Notes under the pieces: model-generated
Told to the model about the DNA's origin: nothing
The model's input: the letters and a program-made list of their open reading frames with translations, nothing else
The model's database searches: none
Shown: one piece after another, positions 18,554 to 27,911 of the stretch
Layout: the number at the start of each line of letters is the position of its first letter
Position numbering within the stretch: the first letter of the stretch is position 1
Source: a virus
Lineage: Duplodnaviria; Heunggongvirae; Uroviricota; Caudoviricetes
DNA length: 64,000 bases
IMG/VR virus record: IMGVR_UViG_3300035696_001272
Direction: 5' to 3' (one strand)
Translations under genes and position numbers: made by a program

Positions 18554-19624
18554 ATGACTTTTAAACATGTGAAATTTGAAGATTCTCCTACAATGCGTGC
18601 CCTAGAAAAGGTTGCAAAGGAAAAGGGTCTAGTTAAACCGGAGCCTATTCAAAAGCAGGCTTCAGCTCCTAAGAAACTGGATTTAACTGCATCCACTGAC
18701 TTAATGGAGAATATCTTTAAGCTATGTACGGGTTTGAGAGCCCAAGGCTTCGTCAAGGAGGCCGCTGAGCTAGAAGTTGATTATCTCAACTACAAGCGTG
18801 CCCAAACTCTTTATCAAGCTCACAAAGAAACGGGCGAAGATTTGCTCCAAATGGCTCATCCCGATGGTAGCCACAAATTGGAAGATGTAGAGGGTGACGA
18901 AGCAGTCTTTGAAGATCTTTTAGATAGACATGTAAAGTCTTTGCAGATGGTTAACAAAAAGCCAACTGGCAAGTTAACCAATGCTAATGCTCTCATCAAA
19001 GAAGTAAAGAAAGTTTTGGGACAAAGGATAGAGGGTATTCCAGAAATGAAACCCATGTCACAAGATCCAATTGAAGGTAAGTTGATTGATGAAGCTGCCT
19101 GGAGTGATGGTGACAGAGCCAACGCTAAGTACATCAGTGAAGTCTTAGGTAGAGCTGCAGCACCAATTGGTAAGATTCTTCCATTGTTACAACAATTAGA
19201 AGACTTAGCCAATGCTGATACCAGAATCGCTAGGAACGTCGGTCCAGCAGTTAAATCTGGTAAAGAATACATCGGAAACTTTGGTGCGGAATTTTGGAAA
19301 GCTTGTCAAACCGCTTTCCAAAAAGCGAGGGCCTTAGAAAAGCAAAGACTATCTGTCGTTGATGACTTAGAGCAAGCTAGAGTAAGCTTCAAAGAAGTTG
19401 GTGATGTTTTCAAAAGCGGAATACTTGGCAAAACTACTATTGGTCAACAGAAAACTTTTACTGGCGTATTAGCTGCTCTTCAAGCCTTTGAAAAGGGACT
19501 AGGTAATCTTATCTTCGATAACTATTCTCCAGGATTCGATTTCGATGAGCCTTACATGAAGGGCGTAAAAGATAAGGCTATGGGTATCTTTAACCAGATC
19601 AAAAAAGAACTAGGATCACAATAA
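18554..19624 (+). CDS. hypothetical internal head/ejection protein
   Basis: 356 aa; AHPDG...KKPTGKLT segment paralogous to ORF 23317. Confidence 0.7.
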   Translation: MTFKHVKFEDSPTMRALEKVAKEKGLVKPEPIQKQASAPKKLDLTASTDLMENIFKLCTGLRAQGFVKEAAELEVDYLNYKRAQTLYQAHKETGEDLLQMAHPDGSHKLEDVEGDEAVFEDLLDRHVKSLQMVNKKPTGKLTNANALIKEVKKVLGQRIEGIPEMKPMSQDPIEGKLIDEAAWSDGDRANAKYISEVLGRAAAPIGKILPLLQQLEDLANADTRIARNVGPAVKSGKEYIGNFGAEFWKACQTAFQKARALEKQRLSVVDDLEQARVSFKEVGDVFKSGILGKTTIGQQKTFTGVLAALQAFEKGLGNLIFDNYSPGFDFDEPYMKGVKDKAMGIFNQIKKELGSQ

Positions 19625-19625
19625 T

Positions 19626-20723
19626 ATGAGTGACGAGAACAGACTTAAAAAAATTGTGGAAGCAATTAAGAGAGAAGCCCAATTCGTTTCACTCAAAAAG
19701 ACTCCAGCTGGTACCGTAACGGCCCCTACTGATAAAGGCGGTGGCGGAACCACAAAGAAGGAGTATGGTGGAGCAGAAGCCATAATGGGCGGCACTCCTA
19801 CACCATTTGGTGGTGGCGGTGGTGGTGGTCGAGGTGTATCCAATCCTGAAGTAGTTCAGATGCAAGAGGCTATTCTCAATTTCGGTGATGTACTCTCCGC
19901 TCATCCTGTCATGTCAATGAAGGGTGGAGGTCAACAGGAACGTGAAGGCACCAAGCAACCTGACTTTTTAGGTGGCACAAGTGCATTCGGTAACTTCTTG
20001 GTTAACCAATATGTCAACAATCCTGAAGTAGTGGGTGGTAAACAATATGTCAACATCGGTATGGCAGAACCACTTCGTACTTCTACCGCTATACCTTCTA
20101 CCAATCTCGCCGGTATCATCAAGACTATCAGTTACGTAGGTGGAGCAGGTGCAGAACATAAGCCAGATGGTGATTGGAAAAATCGCACAAACAACGCTCT
20201 TAAACAGATTTATGCTGTTGGAAAAGCCTTGATGGAATTTGCTAAGCACATGCGTCTTGCAAGCAATGACTTTTCTGATGAAGATCTAGAAAAGTTGCGC
20301 TCACTAATACCAGAATCATACACCGAACTAAAAGGTGATGTTGGTCAAAGAGCCGCAGAAATCACACCATACATCAATAAGCTAACCAAGTTTTACAAGC
20401 AATTTGAAAATACGGTACTAGAAAATCCTGCATTCAAACCATTAATCAACCAAGAAAAGGCCTTTGTTGATTATTCTAAGAATGTAGCACAAAAGCTAAA
20501 TGAACAAGAACAGGCAATTTATGACGCCAATAAATCAGCTGTAGTTCCAGGAGTTGTCATTAACGGCAAGCCACTTATGTTGGCTAATATCCAAGATCTT
20601 CCATCTTTTAGAAAGTTCTTGCAAAGCGCCAATGTTGATCTCAGCAGACCTGGTGAATTACAAAAACACATTGATGCAATAAAATATGATCTCGAAGGCG
20701 CTACCTTTGGAGCAGGATTTTAA
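19626..20723 (+). CDS. hypothetical protein with possible peptidoglycan-binding-like motif
   Basis: VVQMQEAI...PDGDWKNRTNNAL resembles the PG_binding_1 DGxxGxxTxxAL motif; Gly-rich linker. Confidence 0.55.
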   Translation: MSDENRLKKIVEAIKREAQFVSLKKTPAGTVTAPTDKGGGGTTKKEYGGAEAIMGGTPTPFGGGGGGGRGVSNPEVVQMQEAILNFGDVLSAHPVMSMKGGGQQEREGTKQPDFLGGTSAFGNFLVNQYVNNPEVVGGKQYVNIGMAEPLRTSTAIPSTNLAGIIKTISYVGGAGAEHKPDGDWKNRTNNALKQIYAVGKALMEFAKHMRLASNDFSDEDLEKLRSLIPESYTELKGDVGQRAAEITPYINKLTKFYKQFENTVLENPAFKPLINQEKAFVDYSKNVAQKLNEQEQAIYDANKSAVVPGVVINGKPLMLANIQDLPSFRKFLQSANVDLSRPGELQKHIDAIKYDLEGATFGAGF

Positions 20724-20724
20724 C

Positions 20725-22170
20725 ATGCCATACCTACCATCCATTTTTAATGACCAAAAACTAATCAGCGACCTACTTGACATTGTTCAACCAGTCAAGC
20801 AAGGTCAAGCTGCGCCACCTGATGCTGATGCGATTAAAGCAATAGCTAGCAAGTTAGTCAACAAATTGGGTGTAGAGTCATCGATTAGCGTTGATAATCC
20901 TGATGTTCAGTTGTTCATGCGTGATTTACAAAGCTTGGGTCAGCTCGTCAATTTTTTGAATATCAATGGCGTTAAGTATAATAACATAATGATCGTGCAG
21001 CCTGACTATAATAAGTTAGATGCAGATATGAAGCGTCTCTATGTTCCTTTCAAGGGAGAAGGCGCCATAACAGTTGGTGGTGCTACGCCTGCAATCTACA
21101 AAGATGGTCTAGTGGCTTACTTCAAATCATTGCAACAAGAAGCGGGTGATGAAGGCGGACAACTTTTAACCGGCATATTGAACAATTTGGCTCAACAAAT
21201 CAATAAACTTCTTGGTACCAAGTTAGGTGCTGAGGAAACCGCTCCAACAGGAGCTGTTTCTATGGCCACTCAAGTGGATACTGTACCACAAGTCTTGGAC
21301 GCTGAACATTGGGGCGATGAAGGAACAATTCCTCTAATTTTAGCCGATATTAAATCGGTTGATGCGCTTCGCAATTGGCTTAGAATGAGAAACGTGTCTT
21401 TGAAGACCGTAATGGAAACAAAGAATGATCAAGGACAGAGCTTAAAGACTCCTATTAATGCTACCGTAAAAGATTTGCAGTATTTTGATATCTGCAAAGT
21501 CATTAACATTTTGCATAATAGAGCACAGAAACTATATGGTGGAACTCAACGTCCAGAAGGCAAGGCTTATCTTGCCAGCATGAAGCAAATTGCTGGACAA
21601 GCTAGTTGCAGCCTAACTGGCGTCTCCACAACAGAAACTGGTGGTGGCACTGGAGAGGGTGCAGGAGCAGGTGGAGGGGCTAGAATAAGTGCAGCGGCCC
21701 TTCAACAATTAGCCAGCTTGAAGCCTTTCAATAGCCAATATATAAACTTCCATGAAATATCTACGTTCTTAAAGAGTTACGCTGCATTAGCAAACAGCCC
21801 TGAAGTAACTGCTGCGGCTCAACAGATTCAGGGATATATCGATACCTTCAAGTCTTATATGGCCATTCCTAGTGATACAGTTCAGTTATACAATTTAACT
21901 GGCTCACAGTTTAAATCTTGGCTCAAAAATCCTGCTGCCGCTCAAATTGCAGTAGGTATTTTATATGATATCGTGCACTATGCTGGTGTGTTGTATCAGC
22001 AAATGCTTGCCTCACTACAAACAGTTGCTCGCGATCAACTCGATCGTGTAGATCCAGGTCTCTTCAGAGGTATGATGCAGCAAGTTGTTCCAGGTGGTCC
22101 ACAACTAACTAACATTTCCACACTCAACGAACTCAAGTTCGACTTACAACAAGAATGGCAGAAACGATGA
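20725..22170 (+). CDS. hypothetical helical protein (probable ejection protein)
   Basis: ORF 20686..22170; likely start 20725 after AGGA. Confidence 0.7.
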   Translation: MPYLPSIFNDQKLISDLLDIVQPVKQGQAAPPDADAIKAIASKLVNKLGVESSISVDNPDVQLFMRDLQSLGQLVNFLNINGVKYNNIMIVQPDYNKLDADMKRLYVPFKGEGAITVGGATPAIYKDGLVAYFKSLQQEAGDEGGQLLTGILNNLAQQINKLLGTKLGAEETAPTGAVSMATQVDTVPQVLDAEHWGDEGTIPLILADIKSVDALRNWLRMRNVSLKTVMETKNDQGQSLKTPINATVKDLQYFDICKVINILHNRAQKLYGGTQRPEGKAYLASMKQIAGQASCSLTGVSTTETGGGTGEGAGAGGGARISAAALQQLASLKPFNSQYINFHEISTFLKSYAALANSPEVTAAAQQIQGYIDTFKSYMAIPSDTVQLYNLTGSQFKSWLKNPAAAQIAVGILYDIVHYAGVLYQQMLASLQTVARDQLDRVDPGLFRGMMQQVVPGGPQLTNISTLNELKFDLQQEWQKR

Positions 22171-23291
22171 TATCAGACAGTGAAGTCAGCTTTTGCGTTG
22201 ATACGCTGCTTGTAGAAACTGTGTTAGCAGATCCAAAATTCTACAAGAAAGCTGGCTTTGTATCTGATATGCTAACTAGCGTTCAAGAGTATTTTAGCGC
22301 TCACATCGATAAAAGCAACCCAGTTGCTAGCGTTATCGATGTGCTAGCTCCAGGAGCTTTGTGGCTTTTGTTTCAATCCTTGGGATTGGGTAAATTCGGT
22401 CTTTTGCTTGGTCTTCTAACTGAAGTTTTCCACGTAGACGCTTATGGCATGTTGAAATCACTTTTCGGAAAAGTGCGCAGTATGTTATCAAGTGGAGAAA
22501 AAGTTTCCTCGGCACAAGTTGATTCTGCAGTACAAGAAAGTGCTCAGGAGTTTGCTAAACCAGCTACTCAAGAAGAGGCACAAAAAGGCTATCAAAGACT
22601 GCAAGAACATCAAAGCGGACAAAGCAGTTCTTGGGCAGATGATGGGGCAGTTTATTCTTCTTTGGAGCTGATGCATGATGCAAAGATTATCAGTTTAGCT
22701 CTTATTTCATATGAAGATCAAAGAATGAGATTGACCAAAGAAGGTGCACCAAAGTTCGACCCTAGCTCTTTCTTTAGTGGTTTTGGTAGTACCAAAGCCA
22801 AGGGAACTAGCTTGCTTGCCAGGATATTTGGCTGGGTTATCAAGATTGCTTTGGCATCTGCTGGTCTAATGGTAGCTGGTGATGTCGTTAACAAGGTGAT
22901 AGGTCGTCCAAACGCGTTTGATAAGACCTATCAAGCAGGTAAAGAGACAGCACCAGAAGCTAAAGTTAATGTTCCAGTTGGTCCAGTTTCTAAACAAACT
23001 AAGTTCAAGTTAAAATCAGACGCTCCGTTGCCATCCTCTTGGCCTTTAACTAATACGCCGTCCAATATAGAGAATATGTTAATCCAATTTACCAAAGATG
23101 TATATGACGGATTAGATGGCAAAGAAAGTATTATACAAAGTTCTGCTGCGTTCCAAGCTATTAGAGAAGAAATAGAATGGTATAATGTTCATAATCCGGG
23201 AAGTGCAGTTATTTTTATACCAAGCAACTTCACCTCTAAAAAGCAGTTAGTAGATTACTTCATAGATGACGTGGCTAAACGAGCTGGATAA
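22155..23291 (+). CDS. hypothetical protein with hydrophobic segments (probable ejection protein)
   Basis: APGALWLLFQSLGLGKFGLLLGLL and LLARIFGWVIKIALASAGLMVAG hydrophobic stretches; FYKKA and LTKEG motifs. Confidence 0.7.
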   Translation: MAETMISDSEVSFCVDTLLVETVLADPKFYKKAGFVSDMLTSVQEYFSAHIDKSNPVASVIDVLAPGALWLLFQSLGLGKFGLLLGLLTEVFHVDAYGMLKSLFGKVRSMLSSGEKVSSAQVDSAVQESAQEFAKPATQEEAQKGYQRLQEHQSGQSSSWADDGAVYSSLELMHDAKIISLALISYEDQRMRLTKEGAPKFDPSSFFSGFGSTKAKGTSLLARIFGWVIKIALASAGLMVAGDVVNKVIGRPNAFDKTYQAGKETAPEAKVNVPVGPVSKQTKFKLKSDAPLPSSWPLTNTPSNIENMLIQFTKDVYDGLDGKESIIQSSAAFQAIREEIEWYNVHNPGSAVIFIPSNFTSKKQLVDYFIDDVAKRAG

Positions 23292-23316
23292 TCTATACAT
23301 TACGAGGTATTAATAC

Positions 23317-24582
23317 ATGAAAAGAAGCGAAATTTTTGAAAGCTTTGTTAAAATAGCCCAAGAAAAGGGTTTGATTGCCGAAGCTGACCATGCCGAGCAT
23401 ACCGAAAAAGATTTTCATGAGACCAATCCTCGTCATGACTCATTGTCTATTGAGCAAATTGGCAAACTGTATGGCAACAAACCACAGATGCCAAAGGGTA
23501 TGGAATACAAGAACAACATCATGGAAGTTGCTCATCCCGAGTCTTCTATGTTGGTGATTTCGCCATCTCATGATAAACTAAACGGCTTGATTGAGAATAA
23601 TATTGAAGGTCAGAATATCAGACTACGTATCGTGAGAAAAGAGCCTGATGGCCATCTCACACAGCGTAAATATGCTCAACAAAATTTAGTTCTATCTCTT
23701 GTTAGAGTTGCTAACGAGCTAGATAACCGTGACCAAGATGAGTTGCGTAAGCTAGCTGACGTTTGCTTATTGCAAGCCTCTCAAAAAAAAATTGAGAAAC
23801 GAGCCGTTTGGGGACTAGTCATAGCAGCTGCTGGTGCTTTATTTGCCGCTCTATATGCTAAAGAACATTTGCGTTTCCACAGTGATGGTTTCGAGGCCGA
23901 CTACGACAAGGCCATTGCAGAAATCGATGATCTACTCAATTCCAACAGCAATTGGGGAGTAGGATATGCTTACACGCCAGAATTCATTCAGACAGTTAAT
24001 CAGCTTAAGACCGTGCTTTCTGAATTGCATTCAGAAGTTCAGAAAATTTTACCAATCCTAGATAAGGTTGAGAAGCCTCGTACCAAACAAGAATTGCTAC
24101 AAATGGCTCAACAATCAGATTCAATGGAAGCTTCTAGGGCACTTGATGAATTTAGACAAGAAGTAGAAAAAATTCAACCATTTATCCAAAAAGTAGTACT
24201 TGATTTCGGAAATGAAAGCTATAAGCAAAGAGCTATTAAGGAAAAGGGCGCCCTTACTTCTTTGATAGATGTAACTGAAGTCCTACATGGTGGTAAAGGC
24301 CTAGTGGCTGATGATTTCGATGATGTCAAGCATGCTTTACAAACCTTGATGGTAGATATCAATAATATTGTCAAAGGTCTAAGAGATGCTACCAATATTA
24401 AACAAAAGTTTATACAAGAAGCAGAAGCTGCTCAATCAGAAACTGCTAAGATGTTTGCTGCAGAACCTGAAACCCCAGAGGCACAGCCTACTAAGCCAGC
24501 TGTAGAGGAAAGCGGAATTGGCTCTTTAGAGGAAGAGGGTGAAGGTTTGATGGGTGGTTTAGGTGGATTAATTCCTAGATAA
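23317..24582 (+). CDS. hypothetical protein with hydrophobic segment (probable ejection protein)
   Basis: GAGG RBS; IEKRA followed directly by VWGLVIAAAGALFAALYA. Confidence 0.7.
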   Translation: MKRSEIFESFVKIAQEKGLIAEADHAEHTEKDFHETNPRHDSLSIEQIGKLYGNKPQMPKGMEYKNNIMEVAHPESSMLVISPSHDKLNGLIENNIEGQNIRLRIVRKEPDGHLTQRKYAQQNLVLSLVRVANELDNRDQDELRKLADVCLLQASQKKIEKRAVWGLVIAAAGALFAALYAKEHLRFHSDGFEADYDKAIAEIDDLLNSNSNWGVGYAYTPEFIQTVNQLKTVLSELHSEVQKILPILDKVEKPRTKQELLQMAQQSDSMEASRALDEFRQEVEKIQPFIQKVVLDFGNESYKQRAIKEKGALTSLIDVTEVLHGGKGLVADDFDDVKHALQTLMVDINNIVKGLRDATNIKQKFIQEAEAAQSETAKMFAAEPETPEAQPTKPAVEESGIGSLEEEGEGLMGGLGGLIPR

Positions 24583-24728
24583 TCTAGGCATAGCAAAACA
24601 TTTAGGATGATACTAGCTCTTTTTTATCCGAAATATGGCAATAAAAAAGTATGCTTTTCAGATTTTGTAAGTTTAGGTGTAAGTAACCATGTCCTTCGTG
24701 ACATTTTAAGATTAACGGGAAAATAAAA

Positions 24729-25466
24729 ATGTTAAAACTATTACAACCAGGCATTCAGCCTCTAGGCCAATTCGATGGTCTTGACACAGATGTTTTGACC
24801 CTCAAGGGTGGTGAAGTTGTTTCTTTTGCTCAAGTAACCACTTCTGGTCAACCAGGTGTTACCACAAGCGGTCTTGACCAAGCTGCTTACGATGTGTTCG
24901 ATGGTTATGTCAACCAAGCAGGCACCTTCAAGCGTCCAGCTGTAACTCGTCACTTCGATGGTACAACTACTCTAACCGCTTCATCCCGTCCACTAATGCT
25001 TTCTGATGATGGTATTACTGGATACGGTACTTTGTTCGGAACTGTTGTTGGTGGAACTGTCGGTCAAGTATCCTACGGCCCAACTTCTACTGTTGCCGCA
25101 GCTAACCTACTTGGACCTCACACCTCAACCGGCTCTGGCAAGACAACTTGCTGGGATAAGCCAGGTCTCTACGCAGTCTCTCTAGACGCAGTAGACGGTT
25201 ACTTGCAACCAACCAACACTGCATTGGTGATTGGTAACGCACTGACCTTCACCAGCTTGGGTCTCTTGACTCCAACTGGTTCTTCTGACGCACTAGCTGG
25301 TGCTCCAGTCGTAGCTCACTTGGTTGAGTTCAATACCAACCAATCTTTGGTAACAACCCCTAACTACTTGGTAGCTGCTCTAAACAGCCCATCTGGTAAC
25401 GTTAGCTCCGTTGGTCCAAGAGCATTCCAGTTCGCAACAATCTACTTTGCACCTCCAACCTCTTAA
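24729..25466 (+). CDS. putative head decoration/cement protein
   Basis: Beta-rich 245-aa protein directly upstream of the capsid gene; paralog of 17805. Confidence 0.6.
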   Translation: MLKLLQPGIQPLGQFDGLDTDVLTLKGGEVVSFAQVTTSGQPGVTTSGLDQAAYDVFDGYVNQAGTFKRPAVTRHFDGTTTLTASSRPLMLSDDGITGYGTLFGTVVGGTVGQVSYGPTSTVAAANLLGPHTSTGSGKTTCWDKPGLYAVSLDAVDGYLQPTNTALVIGNALTFTSLGLLTPTGSSDALAGAPVVAHLVEFNTNQSLVTTPNYLVAALNSPSGNVSSVGPRAFQFATIYFAPPTS

Positions 25467-25485
25467 TTGAGCTGATGCAATAAAA

Positions 25486-25618
25486 CTTCTCTAGCCGAGA
25501 GGCTGGGGGAGATGCCAGGTGAAAACCTGCCATTCTCGAAGTCCTAACAGACTCCTCTCACCCTTTAACAAGTAAGTTTTTAAGCTGGTAAGACTGGCAA
25601 ATTTTTCTAGGAGAATCT
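25486..25618 (+). promoter_or_regulatory. structured 5' leader of the major capsid gene
   Basis: Hairpins CTCTAGCC-GAGA-GGCTGGGG and CAGGT-GAAA-ACCTG (GNRA loops); CTCCT at 25552-25556 complementary to SD AGGAG at 25609-25613. Confidence 0.5.
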
Positions 25619-26632
25619 ATGAATATGTTTAGCGGTAAAGGCGATTTAAACGCCTCCTCTTTCAAAGAGGCTTTGCAGGGATTGGTCAAGTATGCTGCCA
25701 TTCTCGAAGAGAATGTTCCTTCCAACATAGGTCTCGCTGGCCAACCAGCATTGAGCGATGAGAAGCGTGATGAGTTAATTACTCGCGCTATCATGACTCA
25801 GGACGGTAAGATTGCTCTAGCTCAGGCTATGGCAAACCCAATCCGTAGAAACCTCGATTACCATGGTATCGCTCGTCGTGCCTTGGTTGTTGATCCACTT
25901 CCACAGGGTGCAATGCCAACCTACGATAGAGATATCGATGTTGCCGCAGTTGTCATCTCCTCCAACGGCACTGGTCCAGAGTCCAGAGTCTTCGGTGACA
26001 GAGTGGTTGTTCCTGAGTTTGAAATCTACGCTAACCCAACGGTTAGAATCGCTGAAGTTAAGCGTCGTAGATTTAACGTGATTGATAGAGCTGTTCAGAA
26101 GGCACGTCAAGAAATCATGGCACAAGAAGATGCAAACATCTTTGCTGCTTTGGATGCTGCTGCCTCCGTTGAAAACACTCTAACAGACATTGCTGATGCA
26201 GGTTTGCTAAAGAGAGACTTAGTTGAAATCAAGCAACAAGTCGATCGTTGGGACTTGGTAACTACCAAGTACTTCATGAACATCAATGAGTTCACCGATA
26301 TCCTCAAGTGGGGTTCTGGTGGTGGTCAAGGTGTTGGTGGTGGTGACTTCGATCCAGTAACAATGAGAGAAGTTCTACAAACTGGTCTTTACGCCCATAT
26401 CTGGGGTACTGACATTATGGTTAGCAAAATTGTTCCACCTGGTACAATCTACGGTGTAGCTGATCCTGAGTTCGTTGGTGTAATGCCAATCCGTCAGGAT
26501 ATTGAAGTGCTCCCAGCTGACGAACCAAAGCAATTGAAGCTAGGTTGGGTAGTTTCCGAGATCATCGGTATCGCTATCGTAAACCCACGCGGTGTTGCAG
26601 CAGGCAGAAAATCAGTAGTCATCGGAGCTTAA
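25619..26632 (+). CDS. major capsid protein (HK97 fold)
   Basis: 337 aa, AGGAG RBS, strong codon bias; ARRALVVDPLPQG, PEFEIYANP, QEDANIF, IWGTDIMVS, GIAIVNPRGV pattern; followed by a strong terminator. Confidence 0.88.
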   Translation: MNMFSGKGDLNASSFKEALQGLVKYAAILEENVPSNIGLAGQPALSDEKRDELITRAIMTQDGKIALAQAMANPIRRNLDYHGIARRALVVDPLPQGAMPTYDRDIDVAAVVISSNGTGPESRVFGDRVVVPEFEIYANPTVRIAEVKRRRFNVIDRAVQKARQEIMAQEDANIFAALDAAASVENTLTDIADAGLLKRDLVEIKQQVDRWDLVTTKYFMNINEFTDILKWGSGGGQGVGGGDFDPVTMREVLQTGLYAHIWGTDIMVSKIVPPGTIYGVADPEFVGVMPIRQDIEVLPADEPKQLKLGWVVSEIIGIAIVNPRGVAAGRKSVVIGA

Positions 26633-26656
26633 TAAGCTAGTTGATTAAAGAATAAC

Positions 26657-26695
26657 AGAAAAGGTTCGTAGGAAACTACGAACCTTTTCTTTTTT
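26657..26695 (+). terminator. intrinsic terminator after capsid gene (likely bidirectional)
   Basis: AGAAAAGGTTCGTAG-GAAA-CTACGAACCTTTTCT perfect 15-bp stem followed by T run. Confidence 0.9.
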
Positions 26696-27257
26696 GTATC
26701 GTCTTATAGGTTTGCTCAATCCAGGCGACAAATTGTTTGTGTGTTCTATCCATTTTTGCCGAATTGCACCATTTACAACAAGGCACTACATTATCCAAGT
26801 TATGTGGCTTAAAATTGTCAACTCTATCTAATCCATTATAAAAGAAATCGCCTGAAGAAATGTCTTTTAGAACTGTAGTTGCAAATTTCTTTCTATACTT
26901 ATTATACACATTGGAATTTTGCGGCAGAGTACCACAATAATAACAAGGTTGCTGTGACATTTCTAAGAATTTGTCGAAAGAAATATCGCCATCCTTATAT
27001 CCATTTGTATAAACATGTCTGGCAGATGCCTTTTGAGGATCGGTAGATAACATCTTTTTTGCTGTTTTAATGGCACCATCTATCTTGTTGCATCCGCACG
27101 ATGTTGTATGGCCATTTCTTAATCCAGAGCCAATAACAATGGTTTCAGTGCCACAATCACAAAGACATTTCCAATAGACATTTTTCTTACGATAAGCCTC
27201 TTCAATTACCATAAGTTTACCAAATTTTTGGCCAGCCAAATCAATAGGTTTACTCAT
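26676..27257 (-). CDS. HNH-type homing endonuclease
   Basis: DLAGQKFGKL...WKCLCDCG...SCGC N-terminus; CYYCG...GLDRVDN...NVVPCCKWCN nuclease motif; likely start MSKPID at 27257. Confidence 0.8.
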   Translation of the reverse strand: MSKPIDLAGQKFGKLMVIEEAYRKKNVYWKCLCDCGTETIVIGSGLRNGHTTSCGCNKIDGAIKTAKKMLSTDPQKASARHVYTNGYKDGDISFDKFLEMSQQPCYYCGTLPQNSNVYNKYRKKFATTVLKDISSGDFFYNGLDRVDNFKPHNLDNVVPCCKWCNSAKMDRTHKQFVAWIEQTYKTIQKRKGS

Positions 27258-27338
27258 GCAGCAACATATATCTGACGATTGCAAACCTGTCATCTCAAAT
27301 GAAATCTAGAGACCCTTTCTCTTTTCTGGCATAATAGT

Positions 27339-27911
27339 ATGGACTCTAAGAAACTCCGCAAAAAGTATATGCTCACCGTGCCTCACTTGAATAAGGCGCT
27401 AAAACACGTACATGAACAATTGGCAGATTTACCACCAGCTGAATTTCTATTGGAAACCAACGTCAAGCCTTATACTAGTGTCAAGAGGAAAATGGAACTT
27501 AATAAAGAAAGTAATCCATTAGCTCTCTCAGATCTAATAAGAGGCCGTTTATTCTTTTCTGAGAATTTCAATTTTGAAGAAGTATTAGATATTCTCGAAA
27601 AACTATTCGGTAACAAAATCAAGAAAGTTGATAGAGAAGTTGATAATGAACATGGTCTTGATTCTCATGGCATTAAACATGTTGACTTGAATATTAACGG
27701 CGTTAATTTCGAGTTGCAAGTAATGCCAATTGAATACAAACCATATAAAGAATTCTTACATCAAATTTACGAAAAGTTTCGTGATCCTAAAACTAGTGCT
27801 AAGTTAACGGATAAACAAAAAGAAATTTTGCGTAAGATCAACAATAAACTCTATAAGGCACTAGAAGAAAAATCTAAATCTAATAGAGCGCCATCAGAAT
27901 TGTCTGACTAA
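27339..27911 (+). CDS. RelA/SpoT synthetase-like nucleotidyltransferase (divergent, single domain)
   Basis: VKPYTSVKRK, SDLIRGR, H, FELQV are in the order of RelA/SpoT synthetase motifs, with substitutions. Confidence 0.6.
   Translation: MDSKKLRKKYMLTVPHLNKALKHVHEQLADLPPAEFLLETNVKPYTSVKRKMELNKESNPLALSDLIRGRLFFSENFNFEEVLDILEKLFGNKIKKVDREVDNEHGLDSHGIKHVDLNINGVNFELQVMPIEYKPYKEFLHQIYEKFRDPKTSAKLTDKQKEILRKINNKLYKALEEKSKSNRAPSELSD

Noticed and set aside
25486-25560. tRNA or known riboswitch in the capsid leader
   Set aside because: No cloverleaf, T-loop or recognisable aptamer consensus; kept only as a generic structured leader
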